Of a DNA stretch of 64,000 nucleotides, positions 50,251-62,480 are shown piece after piece. Source of the DNA: Convolutriloba macropyga (taxonomy: Eukaryota); contig NC_134473.1 of the NCBI RefSeq assembly GCF_964194025.1, positions 70,866,001-70,930,000 on the forward strand, read 5' to 3'. The translations under genes were made by a program, and so were the position numbers. Position 1 is the first letter of the stretch. Every line of letters starts with the position of its first letter. The notes beneath the pieces were generated by a model. That model was not told the DNA's origin. It saw nothing but the letters and a program-made list of their open reading frames with translations, and did no database searches.

Positions 50251-50983
50251 ACAGGCTATTCTTCTAAAAAATTTAGATGAAAAAAGGTCAAGATTTTTAC
50301 TGAGATGTCATTCGAATTTTGTGTCAAAAATTATATAAAACGTCTGCTAGATGTTGAAAAAGCTAAAACCGTATTGACTCAATTCTAGAAAACTGATTTG
50401 AACTGAAAACGATTATAAAATGATGTTTCTGGCGCTATTTAAAAATTCTTTAAATATTTTAACTTCACTATTTTGACCGAAAATCAACAGTGCAAGTTTT
50501 GGTTGTCTGAAATTAATTATCATGTTTTCTGATCCCATGTTTGCAATCTAGCCGACATTTTTATTCTAATTGGTTTGAAGAAATTTCATTATTTGATTAA
50601 TGATCATTATCTTTGGCTTGCTGTATGATGGCATTCTAATACACCTCTCCGTTGCCACGCCCCTTAATGGTGGAGGGCGTTCAACCACGGATACACTTTT
50701 CTTACGACAATTGAATATATAACATTGTATAATTGAAATTGCTGTACAACTCACAAAATACGTTATAAGAATTGCAAAAAAAAACAATAAATTATTTCAG
50801 GAGGTCAATAGAAAAAAATAACTTAATTATGTATTTTTACATCGAGACAAAACCAATGTACCTCTGGGAGATAACTATTAGGCCACGAAAGCCTGTTTTC
50901 AAGTGCCTCAAGCAGAAGAGAAATAACTGTGCTACTTGTTGACAAGAACAACAGGAAAATTACCGCTGTCAATAAAAGAAAGA

Positions 50984-51490
50984 CTTTATTATTATTATTA
51001 GTTTACATAGTAACTAATATAGTAACTATATAGTAATTATATATTAACTTATATAGTAACTCATAATTGTCCATGGTGTATTTATCAAGGAATTTCTGGC
51101 AGTAATCATTAACTTGGAGGTTTGATTTGTTCGAATGTTATTTACAAAGTTTGGAAAATATACTAGTGAGCAGTTTATCATCTGCCTGATTTTATTATTT
51201 ATAGAAAAAATGTAATATTCGTTTTTGGGTAGACAAAATTTCCTAGATCTCGTTCGGCATTTCGTAAAATTAGTAGGAAACTTACCTCCGGAAATTAGAT
51301 TTTCTAGATATGAAACTTAGTATTCGGTCCTTATTATATTTCTTGCTGTTTTCGAAATTTCAAAGAGGTGTAGCTCTGACAAAGACTTTTTCAATTGAAA
51401 GCATCAACGCTGTATTTGTTTTTTAATTGGCTGATCATTTCAGATGTTGTTGCTTTAAAGAGAAACACGCTACGTAAAGATATTTTGCTT
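50984..51490 (-). mobile_element. Short rearranged LINE 3' fragment with a (TAA)n tail
   Basis: 51170-51380 matches 52035-52250, and 51400-51490 matches 53390-53490; TTA repeats at 50986-51000. Confidence 0.55.
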
Positions 51491-51989
51491 GACTCAATAC
51501 TAGAAAACTCATTTGACCTCAAAACGATTATTAATTGATGTTTGTGGCGCTTTTTAAAAATTCCTTAAATTTACAAAGCTTTTTGTTACTATAGTATATT
51601 ATTTGAGCTGGGCGACGGGGTAACTATTTTAGTGTGGTAGGAAAACATCGAAATATTTGAGTGATCATACCAAAATGGAGGGCGTTGAACGCCAATGTCA
51701 ATTGGCTGGATGCTTTGAAATTAAAAACTCGTGAATATCGTAGAAGAACATGTTTAAAATAGATAGAAAGTGTTCGGAATTGTTTAATGAATACTACCAC
51801 AAGTAGTTTAAAATCGCCACCGAGAAATTATCAGACCTCGCGGTTGAGTTGATTTGTTGAATAGGTTCAAGACCGCGACAAAAATCATTGGAATTTTTTC
51901 ATTCAATTTTAACTGTCATTAAAAGCGTTACACAGATGCATAATTTACACCACACTGAAATGAGTGTGCTGCAAAAGAGTGGTGGAAAA

Positions 51990-54800
51990 GATAGTCTAAT
52001 ATCGGAGCAGATTTACAATGTTTTGAGAATATATTAGTAAGCAATTTATCACTTGCCTGATTTTAGGTCTTATAGAAAGATTGTGATATTTGTTTCTGAG
52101 TAGACAAATTTTCCTAGATCTCGTACGACCATTCGTATTTTTAAGAAATTCATCTTCGAAAATTAGAACTTCTAGACATGAAACTGAGTTTCCGCTCCTT
52201 AATAATTTTGTTGCTGTTTTCAAAATTTCATAGAGGTGTAGCTCTGATACATTGTAAATGAGTACTTTTTTCCTGGTTGTTATGGATTCAAATTTTCTTC
52301 TGAAAATCAAAATTCTAGCAACTCTGTTTATCATCATTTTCATTGGTTTCAAAATGCACATCAATAAATAAGAACTCCACACTGAGCAATTGGCTGCACA
52401 TATGCTTTATAATATGTTACAAGCAGCCTTGTACTTAAACATTTCCTCAATCGGTAGAAAAAGGGAACAGAAGGTTGTCAATGTTTTTCCAATGACTCAG
52501 CATGTGGTTAGAAATTTAGATTTTTTTTCAAGTACAATGCCAAGGTACCTATTTACTGCAACATTGCGTATTACCGTGTTGTCAATCTCTACAGTGTTTA
52601 ATCGATGGGTATTTTTATTTTTGTAAAACCTATCTGTTTTTGTTTTATCAGCATTCAATGTGAGACGACTCTTTTTGTGCCAAATTTAGAATCTTTCTAG
52701 AGTTTTTTGCTGCTCATCACTTTGGGTTTTCAGGTCTTCTTTGGTGTAAATTACAGCATCGTCAGCATACAAAATTGAACCAGTTCGCGTTGTAGCAAAA
52801 TCAACATCATTTATATAGATAACAAATAATAAAGACACCAAGATCAAGCCACAGGGTACGACAAATCAACCTAAATTCAGTCAATTGCACTCTATTAATG
52901 AGATAGATTTTCAGTAATTCTAGGACAGGCCCGCTTAATCCGCAATTCCAACATTTTTTAAACAAAATTTGGTGGTCAACAATGTCAAAGGCCTTTTAAG
53001 GTCAAAGATGGTGAATGTAGTTCCCACCCTTTTTTTATCCAGTTTGATTTCAAGTTCACAACAAATTCTACGAGTGAATCAATTGTTTTTCTTTGGTCTC
53101 TGAAGCCGAATTGATTTTTGGTTAGAACCTTTTCTTTGTTCACGAAAGAAACAAATCTGCTCTATATTATTTTCTCGAAGACTTTTCCAACTGCTGGCAA
53201 AATAGATATTGGCCGGTATTTTGATGGCTCAGTGTTATCTCCGTCTATTAGGATTGGAACTACTGTCGTTATTTTTGAGCATTTGGGATGCATTTGTTTA
53301 AAATTACTCCATGTATTTGTTTAAAATTTCGCATAGTGAAGGTGCTATTGAGGAGGCAATGCTGCTTTGAAAAATGTTGCTAAGATTAAAGACATCGACG
53401 CTGTACCTGCTTTTTTAATTTGCTGAGAATTTTCTCCAAATGAGATGTTGGTGTTTCAAAGAGAAACATGCTAAGTACAGATATTTTTCTTCAGCTTGTT
53501 GTTAAGAAACTATCAGAATTAGCTGCCAATTTTTCGCCTATTTTGGAAAAAAGTTATTAATAATTTCCAAGTTTGCTTCAGCAAACCACGGTTATGTTGA
53601 TTTTGGGTCACCCGACAGCTTTCTTACGACCTCAAAAAAGATTCGTTTACCACTGCTGGTAGTATTCTTATTTATTTCTTCTGACATAATTGTCTCAAAT
53701 TTGTTCTTACTAGTTTTTTGACTACTAATTTTGACTGTTCATCATACAACTTTTTGCTTCTATCAGATTTTTGCATGAGGCACAATTGTCTTAAGTGAAT
53801 TTTCTTGGAAGCAGCCTTCTTAATATCATTGTCAAACCAATTTTTTTTTGTTTGTTGACTGAAATTTTTTTACTGGCACCACTTGATTCACTTTTTAATA
53901 TAAAAAATTCCTGTAACTGTTTTGAAAGAAAACCGCAGTAATTAATTCTTGTAACTCTTTTAGAAAAAAAATTGCAGTTTTTAATGCTGAAGCCGTCTGC
54001 TAAAACTTTTTCAACGTAGGATTCTACATTTGTTATCATTTTTTCAATGACTCGGGTTTTGATTTTTCGACCTTTTGCGAAAACTGCAGGGCTCATTACT
54101 TATATCCCCTGCATTCGTTTCCGTTATCTGCAGCTCAACGCTTTTTTATGACACTTTGTAGGGAGCGCAACTTTGTGAAACACAGATCAAGTAATTTTGT
54201 TGTTGTTTTTATCTCCCGAGTGGCAATATTAGTTCCTGCCAGTGTTAGTCCGTTTGCTTGCAAGATTGATGCCAGTTGCTTGATTTTTTTCCTTTCTGAA
54301 AAAAATTATATTGAAGTCACCACAGAGTATGTGTTTAATATCTGGTTTCACAACAATTGCTTCAGAAAAATTTCCCAATGTAAGATAAAAATTCTCGTTA
54401 GAACAACTAGGGGGATCTAGATGCAGCTTATAACGTTTTCGAATTCTTTATGGTTGATAAGTATAGAGATAGCCTGGACAAAGTCTTACTCGTTTTACAA
54501 GGAATTTTACTTTAGAACTACGCGTTACAAAAATATCAACCCCGCCACCTCTTTTGTTCTTCTCCGCGATTTTTATGAATTAAAATTTGGAAGGCGAAAC
54601 AATTATTTTCTATCAGTATTTTTTAACCATGTTTCCATTATGCATGAAACTAATGGTTGTTGTTCGTCAATCACAAATATTTTGATTTCATCATAGTTTT
54701 TGGACAGAGACCTAATGTTTTGTAGTAAAACAGTATTCAAATCAGTTTTTTGACGTTACTCGTCTTCCTTTAGCTATGAAAGAATATTCATTAAGGCATG
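51990..54800 (-). pseudogene. Decayed LINE ORF2 (APE endonuclease + RT; CR1/L2-like)
   Basis: - strand motifs in order: NIRSL (54705-19), ETWL (54627-35), RGGGV, LDL, YRPISILP (~53200), NQFGFR, AFDIVDH, VP.G.IL..LLF.IYIND, YADD (52758-69). Many stops and frameshifts. Confidence 0.9.
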
Positions 54801-55695
54801 ACTGCAGCGAAGCATTGCCAGTTCTCTAGGAGTTTTTTATACTAGTGTTTTCAGTACTCGCACATTGATGAAACACATTCAGAAGCAAGAAATAAAACTT
54901 TCTATTTTAAAATGTTAAAAGGAGAAAGAAATTATTGCGAAAAACAATTCAGAACAAAAAATTGAGTAATCTACCCCCTTAAACAGCATCGGTGAATGGC
55001 ATACTTAGAGAGAGGTAAGGCTTCGAGAGATTCTAAGGCCCTTGTATGTCTCAATTTTGAGGATGAAAAGTCAATTTTGAGGTAAAAAACGATCAGAATA
55101 AAAGTTGCCGTTAAGAAAAATTGCAGCAAATTACGGCAGGACAAAAACAATTGCTGCAATCCTTATTTAAGAAAATGTGTTTCCTTTCCAAACTTTTCGA
55201 TTATTATTAGGCTTTGAGATTCACGAAATCTAATTGCTAACAGAAACTTAGCAGCAACTAATAGTGGAACAGCACCGTTGACGGATGCTGAAATGTTGAC
55301 CATTTGTTTTTCATACCTATAAAGCAACAATTTTCACTGGTGTAGTACAAATCTTGCAAAAACTGGAATTGGTCACAGTAAGTAACTTTCTAATCCGTCT
55401 AAAACTTGCTTAAAGCAGATCCTCACTTTCATTTATACCAACCCACAGACAAAAAACATTCTCGCCTTTTATTTCTTTGTATTTATTTTCCCTATTGGCA
55501 ATGTGAATTTCATTTTTTCTCGTGTCTTCAGTGAGCACCCCAACCTCTTCTCTCTGGCTCCTTTTCGTTTTGATTTTCAACCCCAACACTTTCTGCGTCC
55601 TTTCTTTGCTTGCCTTTGTTTTAAAACCCACTCCGTACGTAAGCTATATAAGATCAATTCACCCCCTCCCCCCGAAAAAAATTTGAAATGCTCAC

Positions 55696-55907
55696 AGGAT
55701 GGAAATGAGATAATAGCCAGAATCCACTTTGACATGAACAGGAGGAATATCTCGCACGTGTTCAGTCTGTTGCCCTTGAGGAGTGCCACATAGAACACCA
55801 CCCTTTGGAATACCCCCAGTGCCAGAAACACCAGGTAGCAGATTGCAGCGAATGATGCCATCAGAGAGTAGCAAGCTGAATAATAAACGCCATCATTAAA
55901 ACTACGT
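55696..55907 (-). CDS. Gene B exon, TM3-TM4-like (...ACYSLMASFAAICYLVFLALGVFQRVVFY...KWILAIISFPS); divergent rhodopsin-like GPCR candidate
   Basis: ORF 55577-55924; GTGAGC donor in phase 1 fits exon 44832. Cys...QRV in place of DRY; TM4 Trp...Pro. The acceptor is at either 55908 or 55876. Confidence 0.75.
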
Positions 55908-55989
55908 CTGCAAGCATTTTGCATTTTCCATACTTAAAAAAGCCATCGTTGGGCTAAAATACAAAATGCTTAACGCTTAAATCAATTCA

Positions 55990-56976
55990 TAACATGCCGG
56001 AAAATAGGAAAGATTGTTTCCCAAGACCCTGATTGGGATTGAAATAATAAAATTGATATATTTACAAAGAAAATAATTTTGAAGTGCTGTCTATTTTGAT
56101 TGGGCTTCGTAGTTAGGCACACTCCTGTTGCTAATTAAGTACACGGTGATTACTAGCATTAGCGAAAAACATAAGACCTGGTAACTAAGACAGCTAATAC
56201 TAATTAGAAAAAATTCTAGTAAAAGTATTTCTAAAACTGGTCTTTATGGGTTTATCCCGTTTCTAATTGTGATTTCGTTTTTCCCCATGGACTCTCTACA
56301 TTTTAATTTGTTTCGCTGGGCAACTGCTGCTTATAAATATTTTGGGCAGAATGAGCGAAAAATTAAACAGATAGAACAGAAAAACCTAAAGTGAAAAAAT
56401 TTTGGGAAATACGCTAAAATTTGATAAAAAGTAAAAGAGTTTTAATTGACTAAATAAAATAAACATCGACGGAACCTTGCCAAAAAATAACCTTCAATAC
56501 CTTCAACACGCCGGGCAAATTGCTCTCAAATCACTATGGTTTGAGTAGCATTGTGGCGTGCATAAGGGGGTGGGGGATCGAGGTAGTGGTCTCGGCGAAG
56601 GGGGCCAACCGTAGAGATATAATGAAGCCGGCGGGACTGTAAATCGCCAGGTGGTTGCGGGTGGACAGGTGGTGTGATTTGGAGGGTTATGGGGTGGGTG
56701 ACTGACTGACTGAAGCTGAAGGGGTGTTGTGTCAAGCTCTTAAGATTAGAAACCATCATTCACTCCATGAATTTATGTCGCATCAGCAGTTTAGGCGAAT
56801 CAAATACTTAGAAACTAGCAAGGCGTAGGTCTGTAAAAGAACTTATTACCCTGCGGGCATTACCTATTTAACTCGTTATTCAGGAGTCAGAAAGGTCAAA
56901 ACTTGTCAAGCGAAAAATTGCATTAAAAAGACCACATGACTATTATATTTGCTACGAAATTCATTTAAGAGATATT
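55990..56976 (-). mobile_element. Degenerate family B copy (55990-56470) followed by a family A copy (56505-56976)
   Basis: Interior matches 12600-13000; then CGGGCAAATTGCTCTCAAA ... TTGCTACGAAATTCATTTAAGAGATATT. Confidence 0.6.
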
Positions 56977-57103
56977 CGAAGGAACTTAAATATCCGCAAA
57001 TCAGCTGACGATCATTCAAAACGGGGTACAATTACTTTTAATTACCAAAAACTTTAAAGCCGTAATAATCGTATTAGTCGTACAAAAACACATTGAGTAC
57101 AAA

Positions 57104-57570
57104 AACATAGCTGACAAACTGCCAGAAAACAGCCGCAGTATCTGTGCAGATCTGCAGTCTAAAAACAGAGTAAAAGCATAAAAGAAACAGACCAAAAATA
57201 ACCTTTTTTAAATTTCTAGCTGAAACATTAGATTTTGACTAAGAATATGCATAACTTAATGATGTTTATACCAGCTGCTCTCGAATAACCTTCATTTAGT
57301 GTGACACACTCTCTTGACCTTATCTATTCGAATTAAAATAACGAAAAGTCAGTTTCAATGTGAGGACGTCATTTTTGAGAGGAAGTAAGTCAGGTGTGGT
57401 CAAAAAGTTAACGATAGTGAACAAAAAACTCGCTCCACTAAGAGTGAAAAGTGACGTCACACTCGCATTGCAGTTGAAGTTGCATCAATGAATGAACAAA
57501 AAGCAAATAAGTTCGTAACCAAAATCTTGACGACGAAATGAAAAAACAGCCATCGCCTTGTGGCTATTAA
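57104..57570 (-). mobile_element. HINE-like family B copy (shorter relative of 4814-5873)
   Basis: AACATAGCTGACAAACTGCCAGAAAACAGCCGC ... GTGGCTATTAA; interior collinear with 4850-5270. Confidence 0.75.
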
Positions 57571-57652
57571 ATACATACAAAAAACAAACTTCAAATTGCA
57601 AGTGTGCCGTTAAATCGCCCACTCAAAATTATGCAAACCTTGCAAAGCTCAC

Positions 57653-57721
57653 AAATTGAATCCATTTTTCAAAAAATTAGACAGATCTCTACGAAATTGA
57701 AACAAATTGCATGAATTGAAA
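57653..57721 (-). CDS. Tentative gene B exon (FNSCNLFQFRRDLSNFLKNGFN)
   Basis: TTTTAG acceptor, GTGAGC donor, phase 2 to phase 2. Confidence 0.35.
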
Positions 57722-57824
57722 CTAAAATGTAATCCATTGCTAACAAAATTGCCTAAAATCAGTATGTTTTTTTCATTTCCCGAAAAATTTATGATAAAAA
57801 CATTGAGACAACAATTGTTAAAAC

Positions 57825-58195
57825 CTAACGCACTAGCGACGGGCGAATAGCTCTCGAAAAACTGGCTAGCATTTACCTTCATCAGAAGTTGGATATTGTT
57901 TAGGGGGGCTTACTTGAGGGGCCCGGAGTGAGCACAGCAGGGGGAGTGCACCGGGGGTGAAGTGTCCGGGAGCGCTAAATGAGGGGGGTCAAACACTAAG
58001 CACCGCCCTTTGCACCATGGATTTATGTCTCCAAAACAGTTTCGGTGAATAGCGTATACTTCGAGTCTGGTAACCCCAACGGATCTAAGATAACTTAATG
58101 TTCTCCGAGAGTTACCTATTTATCCCATTTTTACGACTTAAAGTCAAAAGGACAAGAAAAAAAACAAGCGAAAAATTGCATAGAAGACCACGTGA
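57825..58195 (-). mobile_element. Family A copy, right end truncated
   Basis: GACGGGCGAATAGCTCTCGAAAA...; G-rich centre; TTTATCCC core. Confidence 0.65.
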
Positions 58196-58331
58196 CTGTG
58201 CAAACGTGAAGTGAAACGTGAAGTGAATTTGAAACGTGGAAGTGCAAAACCTGCTAAAATTTGTTGCTGAACGATCTGGAGAACTGGTTTCTATTTTATT
58301 GCTAAACGCGCAACAAAGAAAAATTGCTCAC

Positions 58332-58378
58332 TACTTTATAATCAAGTTATCTCGCAATTCGTCAAAGTGGTATGCCCA
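58332..58378 (-). CDS. Tentative gene B exon (WAYHFDELRDNLIIK)
   Basis: TAG acceptor, GTGAGC donor, phase 0 to phase 2. Confidence 0.35.
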
Positions 58379-58461
58379 CTAATTATGACGGGGGGACCAC
58401 AACAATAATCAGGAAAAGCGAATGTGCAGCATTTGATTTTTAGTACGACCTCTACCTCTAC

Positions 58462-58496
58462 CTTAACCTCCCAATTTGCACTGATAATCGCGTAAC
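58462..58496 (-). CDS. Tentative gene B exon (YAIISANWEVK)
   Basis: TTCGTTCAG acceptor, AAG|GTAGAG donor, phase 1 to phase 0. Confidence 0.3.
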
Positions 58497-58971
58497 CTGA
58501 ACGAAGATTTCCGTCTGCTTAATAATAACACGACAAAGTTGTCATACAAATTAAAGGTTTTTTTTAAAATAATGTAGCAGTAAAAATACTGGATATACAC
58601 CTCCAGCCAATCACAGACTGAGAAGACACTCTTCTCTTTTATATAGAGAGAACTGAACTATAGTCAGTCTAATAGAGTAGCTACACGATGCGTACACCTC
58701 TGACTCCGGTGTTAACTCTTTTTTACATCGTTATAATTGAAGTTTAACTTCAGTGTTTTACCAAGTCGGTTAGTCAGAGAGATATAGGTAAGCCTACTTC
58801 GCGCGCAGAAATAAGTAGCCCTAGCTCTTTATAGTTTAAGGCTAAAAAAGTAGCCCACTTTGGGTCTGCCTTACCTGGTGCGACCAGTGAGTTAACAAAC
58901 TCTAACTATAGAAAGAACTCACACAAAACACATTATTCTCTTTTGAGAAATAAACTTAGAAATAGTTTATA

Positions 58972-59776
58972 GAATATATTAATTTTTCTTCATTTAAAAT
59001 TTAGAAAAACGGGGAATACAAACCCAACAAAAACAAAGAACAAACTGAGAAAATGAACCATCCAATGGTCAAACTTCCTCAAATACAGACACACACTCTG
59101 ACGAAATAAAATTAGCTGTTCTTACACAACAGAGAAAACGTTTACAACGTGACATTTCATCCTTTGAAGTTAAACACTATCCACACCAAGAAGAAAAACA
59201 AATCTACTTCTAAACATAGCAAAACAACTCAAAAATCACTATTTTGTAGCAGAGCAACAGCGTCTCTTTTCTTTACCAGATAAAGCATCACAAGTTTCAC
59301 GAACAGCGTTTCTCCCATATCTAATTGAAATTTTTGGAGCTCAGCTCACAAAAGGCTCGATTCTTTCTCTTGTGAATATATTAATTTTTCTTCATTTAAA
59401 ATTTAGAAAAACGGGGAATACAAACCCAACAAAAACAAAGAACAAACTGAGAAAATGAACCATCCAATGGTCAAACTTCCTCAAATACAGACACACACTC
59501 TGACGAAATAAAATTAGCTGTTCTTACACAACAGAGAAAACGTTTACAACGTGACATTTCATCCTTTGAAGTTAAACACTATCCACACCAAGAAGAAAAA
59601 CAAATCTACTTCTAAACATAGCAAAACAACTCAAAAATCACTATTTTGTAGCAGAGCAACAGCGTCTCTTTTCTTTACCAGATAAAGCATCACAAGTTTC
59701 ACGAACAGCGTTTCTCCCATATCTAATTGAAATTTTTGGAGCTCAGCTCACAAAAGGCTCGATTCTTTCTCTTTGT
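58972..59776 (+). repeat. Tandem duplication, 2 x 402 bp, inside the LTR element
   Basis: 58972-59373 and 59374-59776 appear identical except for one T. Confidence 0.97.
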
Positions 59777-59779
59777 GAT

Positions 59780-61000
59780 CTTCACTCAAACACATGCATT
59801 TCTCTTATATATGACACTTTATTAAACCCACTATCAGATACATTATTTGAGTAAAAACATATAACGGATTATGGTCAGAAGTTCAACCCTCGGATAGAGC
59901 GGGTGTAATTAGAAAATCTTCTTTTGATTTTCCTAAACGTCTCACTTCCGCACATAATACTGCCGCTCTACAGTCACCAAAAGAGAGCTACACAAAATCG
60001 CTCGACAAGAAGTAGAAGGTTTCACTCATCATCTTAAAATATATATAAGCTCAGTAAAAGACGCAGACTTACATTAAGAAGAGATTCTCGATTCTGTTAC
60101 AATTTTATTTTGGTACAAACACAGACTTTGGAAAAGCCTCGTAAGACACATTTTTCCAGCTAAAAAATTAATAGCTGAAACATACTCACAATTAATTTCT
60201 AAAATACCAGAAACACCACATTACATTTGTGATTCCAACTTGTTTTGCACAAAATTTCGTATACATCACAGAAGTACCTGGAAAATTATACAAAAACTAA
60301 CCATTAACCATAACAATATTAAAATAAAAATACTAAACTGCAGAAAATCAACCAATTATATGTACAAACATTCATGAGGAGACAAATACCTCTGGGAATG
60401 TATCATCGATAGAAAATATGGATACAGTACACCCACTCGGACTTTACAGCAGAACAACTCGGCATATATAGTCAACACGATTGGACTAAGTCCATCGATA
60501 AGATGAAATATAACAAATTAGTAGATGACGCCGCCCAAAAATTTGAAGTAGCACAAGCTGTAAACTTGCAGATCTTGCAAAACAAGCACAATTTCCAGCA
60601 CAATTCTCACAATTATAAAGTGAATACAATAATTGTTTTAATAAACTCTTTACTAACGGAAAGAAATGTAAACTTCGCCGTCTCGATGGACGAGAAATAA
60701 TCAACGGCAACTATTTAAAAGAATCCCGCATCGGAATTTTGTAGATACCCCTGGTACGTATTAAAAGAAATAGCCATTATTTGGACTAAATTTCATTTTT
60801 TACAGTGCCTTTATTGACTATTTCGAAGCGCATTTAATGCCTATAACCTCAAAGAACTCGTAGGTCCTAATATAACACTAGCAAAAATCATTACCTCTGG
60901 ATTTTTTGGCGTATTTTCACAAACAATATTCCATGTACTCCAATCTGATTCCTCACAGTATAAAACACCCTCCCTAAAAACGACAAAACCACTCCGTTGA
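59780..61000 (+). pseudogene. Decayed class III (gB/chuvirus-like) envelope glycoprotein, C-terminal half
   Basis: Ordered fragments: FVIPTCFAQNFVYITEVPGKLYKN*PL; QLGIYSQHDWTKSIDKMKY; YPWYVLKEIAIIWTKFHFLQCLY*LFRSAFNAYNLKELVGPNITLAKIITSGFFGVFSQTIFHVL. Resemblance recognised from memory, not by search. Confidence 0.55.
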
Positions 61001-61397
61001 TATTAACATTCCTCACTCTCAACTTGAATTGAGTCTATTGCACAGAAGTGAAAACTTCTATCAGAAATTATCTTCTCCTGTACACAATAGTTCGAACAAA
61101 CACAAAACATCCACTCTCCCCATCTATATCTACGAATGCTATGATTTACCAGTAGATTCACACAGTAAGCTGGATTTTCGCTCTTTACACTTACATACCT
61201 TTCAGCCTAACAAACGCAAACGTTCAAGAGGCATTTCACTTTCAAAGAATTCTTTCGAAAATGACCCTAATTATCAGAAAATCCCGGAAGACTTTCTTTT
61301 TAATCTGCCTAGTACTCGTATTTAACGTTTTCTTGTTTTAGCGACTCCAAAGCAGTCACTCCCATAGCACAGGAAGGAGGTTCACCAATTCCTCCAA

Positions 61398-62480
61398 ATG
61401 TCGACCCCACAGCATACGACCTCACGTTGCTGGAAATCGGCTTGCCCCCACCCAGTACCAGAACCAGTATGCAAGATGCAAACACCAGCCCTCTTCACGA
61501 TGACTCAATCCTCACCACAGCCACTGTCTGTGGACACAGAAAATTATGCGCGGGTAAACCCACTGCCATCAACCGCCACCTCATCCTCCTCTTCAGGTGA
61601 ACTCCACCTGTATATCGAAAGTGACACGAGTTCACCCTCGGTTCCTGTTCATCCTCGGTGCCCACGAAGCTCGTCACAAGAGCTACTCCTTCAAGGAGAC
61701 CAACCGGTGCCACAAGCACCTCCAGTATTTGGAGCAACCACTACCACAGCGACACCCATATCACAACCACCAACCCAGCCTACGGGTATTTCCTCTTGGG
61801 CTGATGAAGTCGCTATAGCGGAACAATCAGGCCGTTCCACGCTTGAAACAGTTATCTCAATTTGGGCATACTTTGGAATGATTCGTGGATCTCGAACACG
61901 CTCCCAACCCTTGGTGTATCCGCCACCAGTAATGCCCACGCCCTCTACACAACGACCACGTGCGCCTTCACCACGGTATGGTCCAACCATTACGCCTCTC
62001 CGACCACAAACATCCTTTCCACAACCACACCCTACAATCGACCGACATCGACGAACAATTACCCGTGCACCGACTCTTCACCCAGAAGACGCCCAAGAGC
62101 CACAGCATACGAAATCTATCCTGTGCGCTCATCTCCGATCCAGGCTTCACAATCGCCTGCTCGACACACTGCAAGCCCATATATCTACACCACCACAACA
62201 CACCCTCGAACCCACAGCTAGTTCCTGCTCTCTCGGACAATTGGAGAATGAATATGTCCAAGAAGGTCGGGATAGAGACCTCCCGTTAGAGTGTCTCCAT
62301 TTTCCAATAAACCACCGCTTCACAGATCGTTTCTGGCACCAATCCAAATACTTCTACACCATTGCGGACCGAAAGAACGACTATTTGAACACCTTTTGCA
62401 CCCGCGATGTCACTCCCTACCGTATTTACCAAAAAACGACCTCTTCTATCTGCAATTTGTTTTTGTACTTCCCACACTGA
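61398..62480 (+). CDS. 360-aa ORF of unknown function in the LTR element (Pro/Ser/Thr-rich N-part, globular-looking C-part; probably truncated)
   Basis: ORF track. Coding-like sequence continues through stops to about 63050 (ORF 62777-63013). Confidence 0.55.
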   Translation: MSTPQHTTSRCWKSACPHPVPEPVCKMQTPALFTMTQSSPQPLSVDTENYARVNPLPSTATSSSSSGELHLYIESDTSSPSVPVHPRCPRSSSQELLLQGDQPVPQAPPVFGATTTTATPISQPPTQPTGISSWADEVAIAEQSGRSTLETVISIWAYFGMIRGSRTRSQPLVYPPPVMPTPSTQRPRAPSPRYGPTITPLRPQTSFPQPHPTIDRHRRTITRAPTLHPEDAQEPQHTKSILCAHLRSRLHNRLLDTLQAHISTPPQHTLEPTASSCSLGQLENEYVQEGRDRDLPLECLHFPINHRFTDRFWHQSKYFYTIADRKNDYLNTFCTRDVTPYRIYQKTTSSICNLFLYFPH

